A DNA stretch of 64,000 nt from the NCBI GenBank assembly GCA_028715175.1, contig JAQUSJ010000002.1:22285-86284 (forward strand), read 5' to 3'. Below, piece after piece: positions 9,053 through 17,875 of this stretch. This stretch comes from Candidatus Daviesbacteria bacterium. GTDB lineage: Bacteria; Patescibacteriota; Microgenomatia; Daviesbacterales; UBA10151. Every line of letters begins with the position of its first letter. Position 1 is the stretch's first letter. The notes beneath the pieces were generated by a model, which had not been told where the DNA came from, ran no database searches, and saw nothing but the letters and a program-made list of their open reading frames with translations. The translations under genes and the position numbers were made by a program.

Positions 9053-10657
9053 CTAAATTTGATCAGGATTTAAAAAAGTTCCGTCAACACAACTTCTGTA
9101 ACCCTTTGAACTTGTACAACTTCCGCACAAACCAACTCCACATTTGGTCATAAAATCTATTGAAGAATAAATTTTTTCTGACTTGATCTTTTTACTTTCT
9201 ATTTGGATAGCTTTTTTTATCATTGGCTCAGGACCACAATTTAAACAACAATCTGCTTTAATATTTTTAATCATCCTTCCTAAATTATCAGTGACTAATC
9301 CTTTTTGACCTACTTCTCCAGACTCTGTACTCAAATACACCTCTTTACAAACATTTCTAAATTTTTCATAAACCAAATGTTTTTTATCTCTTGCTCCCAA
9401 CAATGCTACTACCTTTTTATCTCTTTTGGCGAAAAGATAAAGAGAGGCTATACCTGTTCCACCTCCAACCAGTAATGTTTTTCCAGAAATTTTTGGTGAA
9501 TTTCCATAGGGCCCTTTAATATAAATCGTATCTCCTTTTTTTAATTTTGATAATTCACAAGTGAAACATCCTCTCTTTTGTATAAGTAAGCTCATTGGTT
9601 TATCATCAAATACAGAAAACGGCTTTTCACCTTTTTCCGGCAACCAGGCAAAAATAAACTGCCCTGGTTTTATTTTTATACCAGCGTCAAATTCCAGTAA
9701 AAACAAGTCGTCCGCCAGTTTCTTATTTTCTTTCACTTTATATTTCTTATAATCCATATTGACCTTTTCTTTTAGAATCTTTGCGGCATTGTTTGTATTT
9801 TTCTCCAGGTCTTTTGACAATTCATAAAAATATTTTTTTATTTCATCTGTTCTAAGACCAGTCAACGCTGAGCCAATCCCAAAATAATTTGAGCCAGCCT
9901 CTTTGAATCTTTTAATATCTTTGGCAGTTGATATTCCGCCACAAGCAATAATCGGTAAATCTGTCATTTGACGAATTTTCTTAACGCAATTTAGCCCTAA
10001 TTCTAAAATCGCTTTGCCGGATATTCCTCCCACTTTATTGGAAAGAACTGGATAACCATCATGTAAATAAGATACCGGACCTTTGGTATTTATGGGCACA
10101 AATCCAGCAGCTCCTCCCCGTAGCGCATATTCCACAGTTTTCTCTACATCAATATTTGGTGAAATTTTAACAAGTGTTGGTTTTCCCAATGAAACCACCC
10201 TCCTTGTTACCTTTTCCACAAGCTCGTTGTCTGCGCCGACAGATTGGCCATATTTACCGGAATGAGGACAGGAAATATTCAATTCAAAACCGTCTGCGAA
10301 GCTGACTAATTTTTTAGCCACTTCAAAAAATTCATCTTCATTGCTTCCAAAAATTGAGATTAAGAGGAACTTGTCATCTGGAATTTTTACTTTTGAGAGT
10401 TTCTTAACATATTCATCTACTCCCGGATTGGTCAGACCAACAGCATTAATAAATGAAGATTGAGCGTACTGAGCAACGATTGGTTCTTTGTATCCTGCCC
10501 GAGGTATAGGACCAATACTTTTTGTAGTTAGAATCCCGATTTCCGGAATTTCATTTCCGATTTTCTCAAGTACCTCTACCTCCGTGGTAACAATTCCCGC
10601 TGGAATAGTAAAAATTCCACTAATTCTCTTTCCAAATAATTCATATTTACTTTTCAT
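9053..10657 (-). CDS. pyrD: Fused dihydroorotate dehydrogenase (PyrD-like) and electron-transfer subunit (PyrK-like)
   Basis: N-terminal NAVGLTNPG, ELNISCPH, KISPN, GGISG; C-terminal PGQF, PFSV, GPYGN, VGGGTGIA, CGPEPM and 2Fe-2S CGVGLCGSC...C. Confidence 0.88.
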   Translation of the reverse strand: MKSKYELFGKRISGIFTIPAGIVTTEVEVLEKIGNEIPEIGILTTKSIGPIPRAGYKEPIVAQYAQSSFINAVGLTNPGVDEYVKKLSKVKIPDDKFLLISIFGSNEDEFFEVAKKLVSFADGFELNISCPHSGKYGQSVGADNELVEKVTRRVVSLGKPTLVKISPNIDVEKTVEYALRGGAAGFVPINTKGPVSYLHDGYPVLSNKVGGISGKAILELGLNCVKKIRQMTDLPIIACGGISTAKDIKRFKEAGSNYFGIGSALTGLRTDEIKKYFYELSKDLEKNTNNAAKILKEKVNMDYKKYKVKENKKLADDLFLLEFDAGIKIKPGQFIFAWLPEKGEKPFSVFDDKPMSLLIQKRGCFTCELSKLKKGDTIYIKGPYGNSPKISGKTLLVGGGTGIASLYLFAKRDKKVVALLGARDKKHLVYEKFRNVCKEVYLSTESGEVGQKGLVTDNLGRMIKNIKADCCLNCGPEPMIKKAIQIESKKIKSEKIYSSIDFMTKCGVGLCGSCTSSKGYRSCVDGTFLNPDQI

Positions 10658-10715
10658 AAAATTTTATAGTGATATATTAGCATATTTAAATTAACCACAG
10701 TTTCTATACCGGGAA

Positions 10716-11780
10716 TTATTTGAGTCCTCCTGTAACTTTAACTTTTGAAAGTAAATCCAAATTGTCCAGAACCTCACCACAACCTCTTACCACTGCTGTT
10801 AAAGGATCATTAGTTACATAAACAGGCAGTTTTGTTTCTTCGGCTATTTTTTTATCCAGACCGCGAAGCAACGCTCCACCCCCTGCCAAAAAAATCCCCC
10901 GCTCTACTATATCTGTTAAAAGTTCCGGCGGTGTTTCTTCTAAGATATCCTGGATCGAAGAAATAATTTGTGAAATAACCGGGGTTAGCGCTTCTCTAAT
11001 TTCAGCTGCCGAGATTTTTATGGATTTTGGCAGTCCATTCGAGAGATCCCTGCCCCGGATTACAGTTGCGCCGTCATCTTTACTATCTGTAGGATATGCG
11101 GAACCGATTTCTATTTTTGCCTCTTCAGCAGTGCGTTCACCGATCAACATTCCATAACGCACCCGCATATAATTAACAATTTCCGCATCCATTTCATCGC
11201 CTGCCACACGCAGCGATTTATTAATCACCATTCCTCCCATAGATATAACTGCTATTTCGGCAGTACCACCGCCGATATCAATAATCATTACTCCTTCCGG
11301 ATCTTCAACCGGAAGCTTACTCCCAATTGCCGCTGCCATCGGCTCTTCAATTAGATATGCTTCCCTGGCTCCGGCAGAAAGACATGCATCCTGCACTGCC
11401 CGCCTCTCAACTGGAGTTACACCGGAGGGAATACCGACCACTATTCTGGGCCTTGGAATTTTTGGCAGCGAGAAAACACCTTTCCCGGGGGTTTCGTGAA
11501 CCTTACGAATAAAAAATTTAAGCATTGCTTCAGTGGTATCAAAATCAGAAATGACTCCGCCCCGGAGTGGTCTGACTGCTTCTATGGCAGCCGGAGTTCT
11601 ACCCAGCATTCTTTTGGCTTCGGTCCCTATTGCTAAAATCTGCCTGGTTTTTTTATGAAGTGCCACCACAGTTGGTTCACGGATCAGAACTCCTTTACCT
11701 TTAACTAAAACAAGAGTGTTAACAGTTCCTAAATCTATACCAATATCATAAGATAACAGTTGCCAGATACGACCAAACAT
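10716..11780 (-). CDS. mreB: Rod shape-determining protein MreB (paralog 1)
   Basis: IGIDLGTVN, EEPMAAAIG, DIGGGT, GGGALLRG. Confidence 0.95.
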   Translation of the reverse strand: MFGRIWQLLSYDIGIDLGTVNTLVLVKGKGVLIREPTVVALHKKTRQILAIGTEAKRMLGRTPAAIEAVRPLRGGVISDFDTTEAMLKFFIRKVHETPGKGVFSLPKIPRPRIVVGIPSGVTPVERRAVQDACLSAGAREAYLIEEPMAAAIGSKLPVEDPEGVMIIDIGGGTAEIAVISMGGMVINKSLRVAGDEMDAEIVNYMRVRYGMLIGERTAEEAKIEIGSAYPTDSKDDGATVIRGRDLSNGLPKSIKISAAEIREALTPVISQIISSIQDILEETPPELLTDIVERGIFLAGGGALLRGLDKKIAEETKLPVYVTNDPLTAVVRGCGEVLDNLDLLSKVKVTGGLK

Positions 11781-11830
11781 GAGAGGAGTTTAACATATTG
11801 AATCTTTGGATAACAATAATGAAAGGGTTC

Positions 11831-12325
11831 TTAAACTTTTAAGAAATTACCTACTATCAAACCAACAATTGTTGCCATTCCTCCAATAAAGAGCATCTCA
11901 ATCGCGCTCCGGAGAGCCCTGCATTTCACAATTTTGCCCTTTAAATAGCCTATTGCAAAAAGAGCAAGGAGCGCCACGGAAATACTGATAATCCTGGCAG
12001 TTTCAGGAACAAAGAATAAAAATGGTGCAATTGGGATTAAGCCCGCCGCAAGATAAGCAAAAAACATTAAAATAGCCCCTATTATTAGGTCATCCCTATG
12101 CTTACCGGATTTACCCATCTGGTGGACTGCCTTTTCTGAAGAATATTGGCCTGCAGCCATGGAGGAAGCTTCTACCGATACTGTTACAAAAGAAGCCAAA
12201 ATAATAATTGCCTGATCGGAAACACCGGCAGAAATCCCTACCACCACACCGGTGGTAGAAACCAGCCCATCCTGCAACCCGAATATCACACTTCTGAAAT
12301 AATCCTCATTCAAAGCAATTTTCAT
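11831..12325 (-). CDS. VIT1/CCC1-family metal transporter
   Basis: VIFGLQDGLVST and SMAAGQYSS motifs; start reassigned to MKIALNE. Confidence 0.85.
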   Translation of the reverse strand: MKIALNEDYFRSVIFGLQDGLVSTTGVVVGISAGVSDQAIIILASFVTVSVEASSMAAGQYSSEKAVHQMGKSGKHRDDLIIGAILMFFAYLAAGLIPIAPFLFFVPETARIISISVALLALFAIGYLKGKIVKCRALRSAIEMLFIGGMATIVGLIVGNFLKV

Positions 12326-12434
12326 CTGTAGTAGGCTTTTGTATTTAGATATATTATACCAAGAAAATAAAAGTTTTAATTTAAAAATCCTCAATCTTGC
12401 CCTAAAAAGTTACTTCTGTTAGCATAATCTTGAA

Positions 12435-14498
12435 ATGTTGGATAAAGTTATCTCTTATTCCTTTTATCTGCTATTTTTTCTTACCCCTCTTTTTTGGACA
12501 TCTTTCAATTACGAGCTTTTTGAATACAACAAGATGCTTTTAGTTTATGGCTTTACTGTCATTATTGTTGGTGCATGGATCCTTAAAATGATCAACGATC
12601 AACGATTAACGATCAAACACACTCCCTTGGATATTCCCCTTCTTTTATTTTTAGGTGCAAATATTCTTTCCACCATCTTTTCCATAGATCCCCACACCTC
12701 CATTTGGGGTTATTATTCAAGATCTAATGGCGGCCTCTTATCTTTAATCTCATATCTTCTATTATATTGGGCATTTGTTTCCAACATGGATTCCTCCAAA
12801 GTCAAAACCGTCCTCAAGTTTGGACTGGCTTCAGGTCTGATCATTTCTCTGTGGGCCATTTCAGAGCATTTCGGAGCATCTCCTTCTTGTCTGATTTTAC
12901 GGGGAGAGCTTAATGATGCCTGCTGGATACAAGATGTCCAAGCCCGGGTTTTTGCCAGCTTAGGTCAACCAAACTGGCTGGCAGCATATCTTGCCATGCT
13001 AATTTTCCCTACCTTATATTTTTTCTTAACCGCTTCTTCCCGCATACTACATACTACATACTACATACTACTTGTGACATATTATTTGGCTTTTACTTTT
13101 ACCTATTCCAGAGGACCAACATTAGGGCTGATCGGAGGAATGATAGTATTTTTGATTTGCTACACTTTCTGTCATCCTGAGGGAGCAAAGCGACCGAAAG
13201 ATATAATAATTAGATTCTTCGCTTCGCTCAGAATGACAAAGCTGGCGGGTGTTCTTGCGTCTTTCCTACTAATCAACCTGCTTTTTGGATCAGCCTTAAC
13301 CAGCTTCAGGCTAGTTTCCAAATTTGCAGCACCGGCAAGACCCGAGATCTCCCTTCCAACAGCTCCCTCGGGTACCCAACTGGAAAACGGTGGCACCGAA
13401 TCAGGCCAAATCAGATTTATTGTATGGCGCGGGGCTTTGGATATTTTTTTAAATTATCCAATTTTTGGTTCAGGCCTGGAAACCTTTGCCTATTCCTATT
13501 ATAAGTATCGTCCCATCGAGCATAATCTCACCTCCGAATGGGATTTCTTATACAACAAGGCTCATAATGAGTATCTTAACTATTTAGCCACTACTGGAAT
13601 TGTTGGGTTTGGAACATATCTGTTGGTTATTGGTACGTTCGTTGTATTTTGTATTAAGTATTTTGTATTAAGTATAAAAAATTACAAGATACATAATACA
13701 GGATACATACTACTTACTACCTGCTTGCTTGCAAGCTACATCTCCTACCTCGTCTACAACTTTTTCCTCTTTTCTGTAGTCATAATTGCCGTCTTTTTCT
13801 ATCTTTTCCCGGCCCTTGTCTTTGTGATCACTGAATCTACCAAACCGCTTAAGATTCCTTCTGCCTTCCATTTTCTATCTTCCATCTTCCGGACTATTTA
13901 TCATCGGCCTTTGTATACAAAAATTACTAAAGGTATCGTGGTTGTCCTTACTGTATATTTCCTATATTCCATCTTCCAGCTCTGGTGGGCAGATACCCTT
14001 TTTGCTGAAGGTCAAAGAGTCTCTGAAGCAGGCAATCCCGGCAGGGCATACAACCTGCTTTCCAGTGCTTCACAGTTAAACAAAAATGAGCCTTTCTACA
14101 AATCTGAGCTTGGTTTTGCCGCAGCTCAAGCTGCAGTAGCTTTACAAGATATAGATGCCACTCTTTCTGCAGAGTTAAAAAACGAAGCTATACTACAAAC
14201 AGAAGAAGTTTTGCGATCAAGCCCTAAAAATGTTTCATTTCTTCGTGCGGCAGTCAGAACCTATTTCGAGCTTTCCAGTTTTAATCAGACCTATGCAGAT
14301 AAAACTCTGCAAACGCTGGATTCGGCAATTAAGTTGGCTCCAACCGACCCGAAACTCTATTACAATAAAGCTCTTGTTTTGGATACAATGGGGAGAAAAG
14401 ATGAAGAGATTAGTGCTTTACAAAAGGCTATACAATTAAAACCAAATTATCTGGAGGCCTTTGCCCAGCTAAAAGAAGCAACTGCTTCGGCAAAATAG
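12435..14498 (+). CDS. O-antigen ligase-like membrane protein with C-terminal TPRs
   Basis: ASLGQPNWLAAYL, TYSRG, PIFGSG, AHNEYL, TPR-like tail; carries several in-frame repeat-derived inserts. Confidence 0.85.
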   Translation: MLDKVISYSFYLLFFLTPLFWTSFNYELFEYNKMLLVYGFTVIIVGAWILKMINDQRLTIKHTPLDIPLLLFLGANILSTIFSIDPHTSIWGYYSRSNGGLLSLISYLLLYWAFVSNMDSSKVKTVLKFGLASGLIISLWAISEHFGASPSCLILRGELNDACWIQDVQARVFASLGQPNWLAAYLAMLIFPTLYFFLTASSRILHTTYYILLVTYYLAFTFTYSRGPTLGLIGGMIVFLICYTFCHPEGAKRPKDIIIRFFASLRMTKLAGVLASFLLINLLFGSALTSFRLVSKFAAPARPEISLPTAPSGTQLENGGTESGQIRFIVWRGALDIFLNYPIFGSGLETFAYSYYKYRPIEHNLTSEWDFLYNKAHNEYLNYLATTGIVGFGTYLLVIGTFVVFCIKYFVLSIKNYKIHNTGYILLTTCLLASYISYLVYNFFLFSVVIIAVFFYLFPALVFVITESTKPLKIPSAFHFLSSIFRTIYHRPLYTKITKGIVVVLTVYFLYSIFQLWWADTLFAEGQRVSEAGNPGRAYNLLSSASQLNKNEPFYKSELGFAAAQAAVALQDIDATLSAELKNEAILQTEEVLRSSPKNVSFLRAAVRTYFELSSFNQTYADKTLQTLDSAIKLAPTDPKLYYNKALVLDTMGRKDEEISALQKAIQLKPNYLEAFAQLKEATASAK
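13170..13238. repeat. TGTCAT...ATGACA palindromic element, in frame (23 codons)
   Basis: TGTCATCCTGAG...CTCAGAATGACA; translates as CHPEGAKRPKDIIIRFFASLRMT. Confidence 0.85.
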
Positions 14499-14607
14499 CC
14501 TTCAGCTATCAGTCATCAGTCGTCAGATAATTGCAATTTAAGTCTGAAAGCTGACAGCTGAGAGCGAAGCCGCGCCAAAGGCGGGCGAAGCGATACTGAC
14601 GACTACT
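14494..14607. repeat. Heptamer-arm inverted-repeat element, copy 3 (with nested insert)
   Basis: TAGCCTTCAGCTATCAGTCATCAGTCGTCAGA...TCTGAAAGCTGACAGCTGA[insert]CTGACGACTACT, directly followed by ATG. Confidence 0.88.
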
Positions 14608-14871
14608 ATGAAATCGATTGCCAAAGCCATTGCTGAAACAAAATTCAAGGACCGGCCAAAAAATATCTCCCGTGAATTCCAGATGTACGGAGTTTATCTG
14701 GCTGAAAGTTTAGGAGATACTAAACATTATTCGCTTTATATCAAACTGGCAAAAGAAATAGACCGCAAAATCCTGGAAGAAGCCTTAAATTTTACCAAAG
14801 ACTATTATGGTGCCAGATCCAAAGCTAAAATCTTCATGTGGAAATTACAACAGCATGACAAACTCGTCTAA
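14608..14871 (+). CDS. Conserved small hypothetical protein
   Basis: 87-aa ORF with plausible composition (EFQxYG...LYIKLAK). Confidence 0.65.
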   Translation: MKSIAKAIAETKFKDRPKNISREFQMYGVYLAESLGDTKHYSLYIKLAKEIDRKILEEALNFTKDYYGARSKAKIFMWKLQQHDKLV

Positions 14872-14950
14872 ACCCTGAACGCGAACGACAAGAATCCCAA
14901 GTTCTCTGTCAAATTTGGCAAGTTGGCTTAACTCTGATAGAATTCCTGGT

Positions 14951-15541
14951 ATGGAAGTAGTTAAAGCGCCGGATGCAAAACTCCGAGTCAAAACCAAACC
15001 TGTTAAAAAAGTAGATCAAGCATTAAAAAACACCTTAAAGGAGATGATCAAGCTGACCAAAACCTTTAAAGATCCTGAGGGGGTGGGGCTGGCTGCCACC
15101 CAGATTGGCAGGAACGAAAGTTACTTTGTGGGCAGACTGCACGATTCCAAAAAATCCGCCAGCTGGCGGACTCCTTCAAAGCCTGGTCAAAGAAAAGACA
15201 GATGGGCAGGCTATGATAAGGAATTTTCTGCAATTATTAACCCTAAAATTTTATCCTATGGGAAGCACACCAGAACCTATTTTGAAGGCTGCCTGTCTAT
15301 TCCTGATGTCTGGGGACAAGTTAAAAGGTATACCAACATTAAAATTTCCTACCAAAACAGTGATGGCGAGCAAGTGACAAGAACTCTAAAAGGAATACCG
15401 GCCTGGATATTCCAGCATGAAACAGATCATCTAAATGGAATTTTATTTTCCGACAGAGTTTTGGAACAAAAAGGCAAATTTTATCGTTTTACAGGTAAAG
15501 ATAAAACAGGCACAGATTTATTTGAGGAAATAACAATATAG
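14951..15541 (+). CDS. def: Peptide deformylase
   Basis: GVGLAATQIG, EGCLS, QHETDHLNG; start reassigned to MEVVKAP. Confidence 0.95.
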   Translation: MEVVKAPDAKLRVKTKPVKKVDQALKNTLKEMIKLTKTFKDPEGVGLAATQIGRNESYFVGRLHDSKKSASWRTPSKPGQRKDRWAGYDKEFSAIINPKILSYGKHTRTYFEGCLSIPDVWGQVKRYTNIKISYQNSDGEQVTRTLKGIPAWIFQHETDHLNGILFSDRVLEQKGKFYRFTGKDKTGTDLFEEITI

Positions 15542-15621
15542 CTTTCAGCTATCAGTCATCAGTCGTCAGACTGATATAATTTAAAAGTCTGAAAGCTGAT
15601 GGCTGAAGACTGACGACTATT
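15538..15621. repeat. Heptamer-arm inverted-repeat element, empty copy 4
   Basis: TAGCTTTCAGCTATCAGTCATCAGTCGTCAGAC...GTCTGAAAGCTGATGGCTGAAGACTGACGACTATT, between def and fmt. Confidence 0.9.
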
Positions 15622-15622
15622 T

Positions 15623-16327
15623 ATGAAAATCGCATTTCTAGGTACTCCGGATTTTGTTAAGTCAATCAGAAATGTCCTTGCCAAACACTACACTCTGGTA
15701 GATTCATTAGATGAGGCAGATCTTGGGGTAGTGGCTGCCTATGGCAGAATCCTGACAAAAGATGAATTAAATACCCCAAAATATGGCTGTATAAATATCC
15801 ATCCATCGCTTTTGCCAAAACACAGAGGCCCTTCCCCTATCCAGGAAGCCATATTAAAAGGTGATCGAATTTCCGGAATAACGGTTATCAAAATGGATGA
15901 GGAAGTGGATCATGGACCGATAATTTATCAAGAGGAAGTGGAGCTTTCTGATATGGATAATTTTGATACATTGAGTAAAAAAATGTTTCATCGGGCTAGC
16001 GAAATTCTACCCAAAATTATTGAAGATTTTATATCGGGTAAGACAAAACCAAGGTTACAGGATAACGCTCGAGCGACTCATTGTAACCGATTGACCAGAA
16101 AAAGCGGCTATTTTGATATTAATCCGCCAGCTGGCGGACCTCCACCTCCTGAGATCCTAGACAGAATGATTCGGGCATATCATCCCTGGCCGGGAGTTTG
16201 GACTAAATGGAATGGCAAAATTGTTAAATTTTATCCTGGTGGAAGAATCCAAATGGAAGGGAAAAAAGTTATATCGCTACAGGATTTTCTAAACGGCTAC
16301 CCTGATTTTCCTTTAAAGAAGCTTTAA
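15623..16327 (+). CDS. fmt: Methionyl-tRNA formyltransferase
   Basis: FLGTP, VAAYG, NIHPSLLPKHRGPSP, MDEEVDHGP, RAYHPWPG. Confidence 0.93.
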   Translation: MKIAFLGTPDFVKSIRNVLAKHYTLVDSLDEADLGVVAAYGRILTKDELNTPKYGCINIHPSLLPKHRGPSPIQEAILKGDRISGITVIKMDEEVDHGPIIYQEEVELSDMDNFDTLSKKMFHRASEILPKIIEDFISGKTKPRLQDNARATHCNRLTRKSGYFDINPPAGGPPPPEILDRMIRAYHPWPGVWTKWNGKIVKFYPGGRIQMEGKKVISLQDFLNGYPDFPLKKL

Positions 16328-16508
16328 CTGCCCGCAAACACTTTGTACAATATTTTTGACCCTTAAAAGCGTGCAGATTCGGCCTTTGTACTCTTTTGTG
16401 AATTGGCGCCCTAAGAGCCCAAGTGCCTCCGGCCCCTGAAGAACCCTTTTTATGCCGGGAAAAATTTAAAATATTGTTACCTTTGTCGCAACGTGAACAT
16501 ATTGACAT
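16269..16508 (-). CDS. rpmB: 50S ribosomal protein L28 (Zn-ribbon type)
   Basis: MSICSRCDK...KRVQRPNLH...YCTKCLR; start reassigned to ATG 16508. Confidence 0.8.
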   Translation of the reverse strand: MSICSRCDKGNNILNFSRHKKGSSGAGGTWALRAPIHKRVQRPNLHAFKGQKYCTKCLRAVKASLKENQGSRLENPVAI

Positions 16509-16525
16509 GTGGTAAACTATAACAC

Positions 16526-17161
16526 ATGCCTGAATTTTTTGCATTATCTATCATTATCCTGTTATTTTCAGTAATCGTACATGAAGTGATGCATGGTTTG
16601 ATAGCCTTAAAATTTGGGGACCACACAGCTGAGCGGGCCGGCAGGCTCACCTTAAACCCTCTTCCCCATATTGATCTTTTTGGAACAATTCTTTTGCCCG
16701 GGATTCTAATCCTGACCGGTTCTCCGATTCTTTTTGGCTGGGCCAAACCAGTGCCTGTAAATCCTCTAAATTTTTCTAATTTAAAAAGAGGCGAATTTTT
16801 TGTTTCAGCGGCCGGAATCCTTGCCAATTTCGGATTAGCCATTGCCGCAGCTTTGATTTATCACTTTTTAAATGCCCTTCCTCAAACTTTTCCGGCCATG
16901 ATCGGAGTACTTCTTCGCTTTACTGTTACGATAAATTTGGTCTTAGGCATTTTTAATCTATTTCCTATCCCCCCTCTGGATGGATCCAGGATACTTATGT
17001 CCCAACTGCCTTATAAATTAGCGCGGTCATATGCCAGGGTCGAACCATATGGGATTTTAATTCTTTTGATCTTAATGATGATACCTTTTGGGGGCACTTC
17101 AATCATTCAAGCGATATTGGGATTTCTGGTAGAACTTTTTTCTTCAATCCTAAGATTTTGA
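16526..17161 (+). CDS. Site-2 protease (M50 family)
   Basis: HEVMHG, GRLTLNP, NLFPIPPLDG. Confidence 0.92.
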   Translation: MPEFFALSIIILLFSVIVHEVMHGLIALKFGDHTAERAGRLTLNPLPHIDLFGTILLPGILILTGSPILFGWAKPVPVNPLNFSNLKRGEFFVSAAGILANFGLAIAAALIYHFLNALPQTFPAMIGVLLRFTVTINLVLGIFNLFPIPPLDGSRILMSQLPYKLARSYARVEPYGILILLILMMIPFGGTSIIQAILGFLVELFSSILRF

Positions 17162-17184
17162 AGCCAAGCCAGGCACATACCATC

Positions 17185-17213
17185 TTGACAAATTTAGCTT
17201 TTAATACTACTAT
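17185..17213 (+). promoter_or_regulatory. Sigma-70 promoter upstream of the probable 6S RNA
   Basis: TTGACA-17 nt-TACTAT. Confidence 0.65.
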
Positions 17214-17268
17214 TAAATTATCCTAAAAGGACATTTAGTAGATGGCCTGAAGGACTGCCCAAAAGGCA

Positions 17269-17424
17269 TCCCTACCTAGCACGTTTAAAGCCAATATATT
17301 TTTCTTCACTGATTTGATACTTTACGGGAGTTCAAAGTGTGCTCCATAGCCTTGTGCGACGGACACCAGAACACCCACCTTAGATTTTCTGAGGAGAAAA
17401 TTTGGCTGACGACTATAGTAGGGA
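17269..17424 (+). ncRNA. ssrS: Probable 6S RNA
   Basis: Rod-like fold: TCCCTAC/GTAGGGA, AGCCAA/TTGGCT, TTCTTCA/TGAGGA, a central bubble, then GGGAGTTC/GAACACCC. The GGGAG...CACCCACCT context resembles Firmicutes-type 6S RNAs as I recall them. Confidence 0.6.
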
Positions 17425-17595
17425 GAAATTATTTTTGAGCATTAGCGAAAAAATAGTCTTCCGAAAGAAGTATATTTTTTTGTTTTGGACAAATTTCGAC
17501 ATACCTCTATTCGCAGATTCAATAATTCTGCGAATTTGTTCATTCTACCTTTCATCTCGTAATCAATATAAAAAATCGCTATAATATACTCGCAT

Positions 17596-17713
17596 GCCGA
17601 GATAGCTCAGTGGGTTAAAGTCGTAAATCGACTTTAACGGGATAACTACAACCAAGCCCGCGATCAGCGGATATCTTAAAATAATAGTTATCCCAGGAAG
17701 AGCAGCGGTTTTG
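17596..17713 (+). pseudogene. tRNA-like 5' half with a structured insert in the D-loop and no T-arm
   Basis: GCCGAGATAGCTCAGTGG [two hairpins] AGAGCAGCGGTTTTG; no GGTTC T-arm or matching 3' acceptor strand follows. Confidence 0.55.
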
Positions 17714-17725
17714 CTTATCTGCTAT

Positions 17726-17800
17726 GCCAACGTAGTTCAGTGGCAGAACACTTGTTTTGTAAACAAGATGTCGTGGGTTCGATTCCCACCGTTGGCTCCA
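17726..17800 (+). tRNA. tRNA-Thr (anticodon TGT)
   Basis: Full cloverleaf; CTTGT-TT TGT AA-ACAAG; GGTTCGATTCC; encoded CCA. Confidence 0.95.
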
Positions 17801-17803
17801 ACA

Positions 17804-17875
17804 GCCGACATGGCTCAGTGGCAGAGCACGTTCTTGGTAAGAACGGGGTCGCGGGTTCAATTCCCGCTGTCGGCT
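17804..17875 (+). tRNA. tRNA-Thr (anticodon GGT)
   Basis: GCCGACA/TGTCGGC acceptor stem; GTTCT-TGGTA-AGAAC anticodon arm; GGTTCAATTCC. Confidence 0.95.
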
